Below, piece after piece: positions 61,525-64,000 of a DNA stretch of 64,000 nucleotides (the stretch's first letter is position 1; each line of letters opens with the position of its first letter). Source of the stretch: Octopus vulgaris (taxonomy: Eukaryota); the NCBI GenBank assembly GCA_951406725.2, contig OX597833.1, positions 46,810,001 through 46,874,000 on the forward strand. Direction: 5' to 3'. Position numbers and translations under genes: made by a program. Below the pieces are notes generated by a model. That model made no database searches. It worked only from the letters and a program-made list of their open reading frames with translations, and had not been told where the DNA came from.

Positions 61525-61610
61525 AAGATGGGGAAAAGTTGCCAGCTGACGGCTACGAGAATTGAACCTGTACCCCTCAGATACCAGCTGAGCTACTCCT
61601 GTAGCTGCCT
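61525..61610 (-). mobile_element. tRNA-derived remnant (internally deleted), distinct from SINE A-D
   Basis: Minus strand ggagTAGCTCAGCTGGtatctgaggggtacaGGTTCAATTCtc: A and B boxes without an anticodon arm. Confidence 0.5.
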
Positions 61611-62479
61611 TCTGGCAAAAAGTCAACAAGTTATTTAACTTAATGGGTGACTTGTTTTCAGTGGTGAAGACTTATGCTGGACCAGGCACATGTTTGGAAA
61701 ATGTTGATGGCGGAAAGATGGTGCAAAAGTCTGCCACAAATTCAATGGACAACATACCTCAGGTTTTTCTCTTAGAGTTCTCCATCTCCTGGGTTATCTT
61801 ACGTACACATGCATACATACATTTGCATGTGTGTGTGTGTCTTTTACACAGATTAAATAGAAAACAATGACCGAAAAGGAAGAAGTCCTGTGTCTAGGTA
61901 AACACATCTGGCTCATTACTAAGCTGTCTCAGGCAGAACAGAGAGAGAGTGTGTCTAAGTGTAAGAAAACACATCTGTTGTGTTGTAATTTTCAATACTG
62001 AGTGATTTGAACCAGCAAGTGTTAATGTATGTGATAAATACACCTGGTCGTTCTCAGTTGAATCTAGTTTATTGTCATTGACAATGAAGTGTGTGACTTT
62101 TTAAATGACAGGTAATTATTGCACATAATAATTAAGATACCTTTCTTGTCCTTCGCCTTTGTTCTCAACTTTTCAAACCATTATAGTGCTATGAGATGGA
62201 AAATTGTTACAAGGCTGAGAGGTTTGGTCCCACAATTAAAACACTCACTTCACTAAGCTGCTGTTTAGCCCTAGCTCAACTCTCATCTGGGACACTATGG
62301 CTGATCAGAGTTATTCCTGCTGTGAATATCTTGCATAGACTATCTTGCCTATCTTGCATTTTTTGTAAGAACCTGAGCATCTAATGCAATGGTCCTCAAT
62401 CAGGTTCCATATGACTCTTAGGGTCATATACAAGATTTTGCTGTTATAAAATAATGTGCAATAAATTGGTTACACTTCT

Positions 62480-62653
62480 AGGCATAGGAGTGGCTGTGTG
62501 GTAAGTAGCTTGCTTATGAACCACATGGTTCCAGGTTCAGTCCCACTGTGTGACACCTTGGGCAAGTGTCTTCTACTATAGCCTCGGGCCAACCAAAGCC
62601 TTGTGAGTGGATTTGGTGGACGGAAACTGAAAGAAGCCCGTCATATATATGTG

Positions 62654-62702
<49 letters not shown>

Positions 62703-62774
62703 GTGTGTGTATATGTTTGTGTATCTGTGTTTGTCCCCCCAACATCGCTTGACAACCGATGCTGGTGTGTTTAC
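62480..62774 (+). mobile_element. SINE family A, 3'-truncated
   Basis: Matches 8808-9060 and is then cut at a MITE fragment. Confidence 0.9.
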
Positions 62775-62776
62775 AA

Positions 62777-62898
62777 ATAGAGACTCGGACATTGCTTAGA
62801 AAATATTTTTCACTTTTAACCTCGTATATAATACGCACTAGGGATTTTGACCTTTAAATTTTGGGGAAAAAATGCGGATTATACGCGAGGATTTATGG
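62777..62898. mobile_element. Terminal fragment of the 756-1267 MITE family (inverted)
   Basis: Reverse complement of about 756-877. Ends ggatttatgg|TA. Confidence 0.85.
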
Positions 62899-63703
62899 TA
62901 CACAGCATTTGAAACTGGAACGATGTGATTGAAAAAATGAACCTGTTAACCACATCGCTGAGCTAGGATTACGATCATGATGGTGATGATGACAACAGTG
63001 ATAAAACATTCCTCCACATCTTGGGGTAGTGAGGAATGTTGGGGGTGGAAGTGAATGGGACCTTTCTAGTATCTCATAACCTAGATATATTTCTTTTCAC
63101 AATTAAAGGAATAGAAGAAAAACAAAAGAAGGAGGAAGGGGGTGCCTGGGCATTAATCAAGCCGCATTGAGGAGATTAATATAATAAACACTAAACTGAT
63201 AGAGACTACTACAAACAGGTTTCCATGTTGTTTAGTTTGGTAGATTTAAATATACACCACAGCTGAGAGAAAAAAAAAATTACTTTCTATAGCAATTCTA
63301 TAGCAATCAATTTAATTTTCTTTTTTTTTTTTTGCTTTTTTGTTTTTTGCCATTTTTATTAGTGTCTAAAAATTAGTTGAAATCCAAGCATTTTTTCCCT
63401 CACACCTACATAAACGTACTGAAAAAGAAGAAATCAAAATAAAAGTAATTAATAATAATAATAAAACAAAACAGGATGACACTGATAAATTCTATGTACA
63501 GATTACATGTTTCTTAGTACAGGACGTAAAGGGAAATATAAAACCTTCAAGATGAATGAGTTCACTATAAAAGTACGCATGGTTCTTATGTGGTTATATA
63601 AGAAAGAATCCAGGTGCTTTAGTCATTCATCTCAGTCTCCACGGACAAACAATGAATGGCTTCTGTCTTCTATTCTATTCTTACTGATGTTAGTCAGTCC
63701 AAT

Positions 63704-64000
63704 GTGGAAGCGCAATGGCCCAGTGGTTAGGGCAGCGGACTCGCGGTCATAGGATCGCGGTTTCGAATCCCAGACCGGGTGTTGTGAGTGTTTATTGAGA
63801 AAACACCTTAAAGCTCCACGAGGCTCCGGCAGGGATGGTGGTGATCCCTGCCGTACTCTTTCACCACAACTTTCTCTCACTCTTACTTCCTGTTTCTGTT
63901 GTACCTGTATTTCAAGGGGCCGGCCTTGTCACTCTCTGTGTAACACTGAATATCCCCGAGAACTACGTTAAGGGTGCACGTGTCTGTGGAGTGCTCAGCC
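63704..64000 (+). mobile_element. SINE family D (tRNA-derived head), runs off the window end
   Basis: gtggaagcgcaaTGGCCCAGTGGttagggcagcggactcgcgg...GGTTTCGAATCC A/B boxes, CpG-rich. Confidence 0.9.

Noticed and set aside
63704-63780. tRNA gene
   Set aside because: A/B boxes are present, but the sequence continues into a SINE body repeated many times in the window, and I see no clean cloverleaf.

Overview
AT-rich animal non-coding DNA, most likely octopus or another coleoid cephalopod. That assignment is inferred from the SINE families and the very high microsatellite load, not from a database search. I find no supportable host protein-coding gene: nearly all ORFs in the track are translated microsatellites or SINEs. 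The window is a mosaic of four recurrent SINE-like families (named A-D here), MITEs of several DNA-transposon superfamilies, a non-autonomous Helitron, a solo LTR, 3' fragments of Dong/R4 and L1/Tx1-type LINEs, a small satellite and a decayed 18S rRNA fragment. The most interesting signal is a set of short non-coding elements beside (TA)n tracts that carry minimal hammerhead-ribozyme motifs of the Penelope-like-element type. Two of these are near-perfect ~300-bp palindromes at 10.0-10.8 kb, and several have non-canonical catalytic cores. A well-formed but apparently non-coding 85-nt exon suggests a + strand transcript may cross the region. Coordinates were read by eye: SINE and microsatellite boundaries are approximate, while TSD/TIR-defined ends were counted and should be close to exact.
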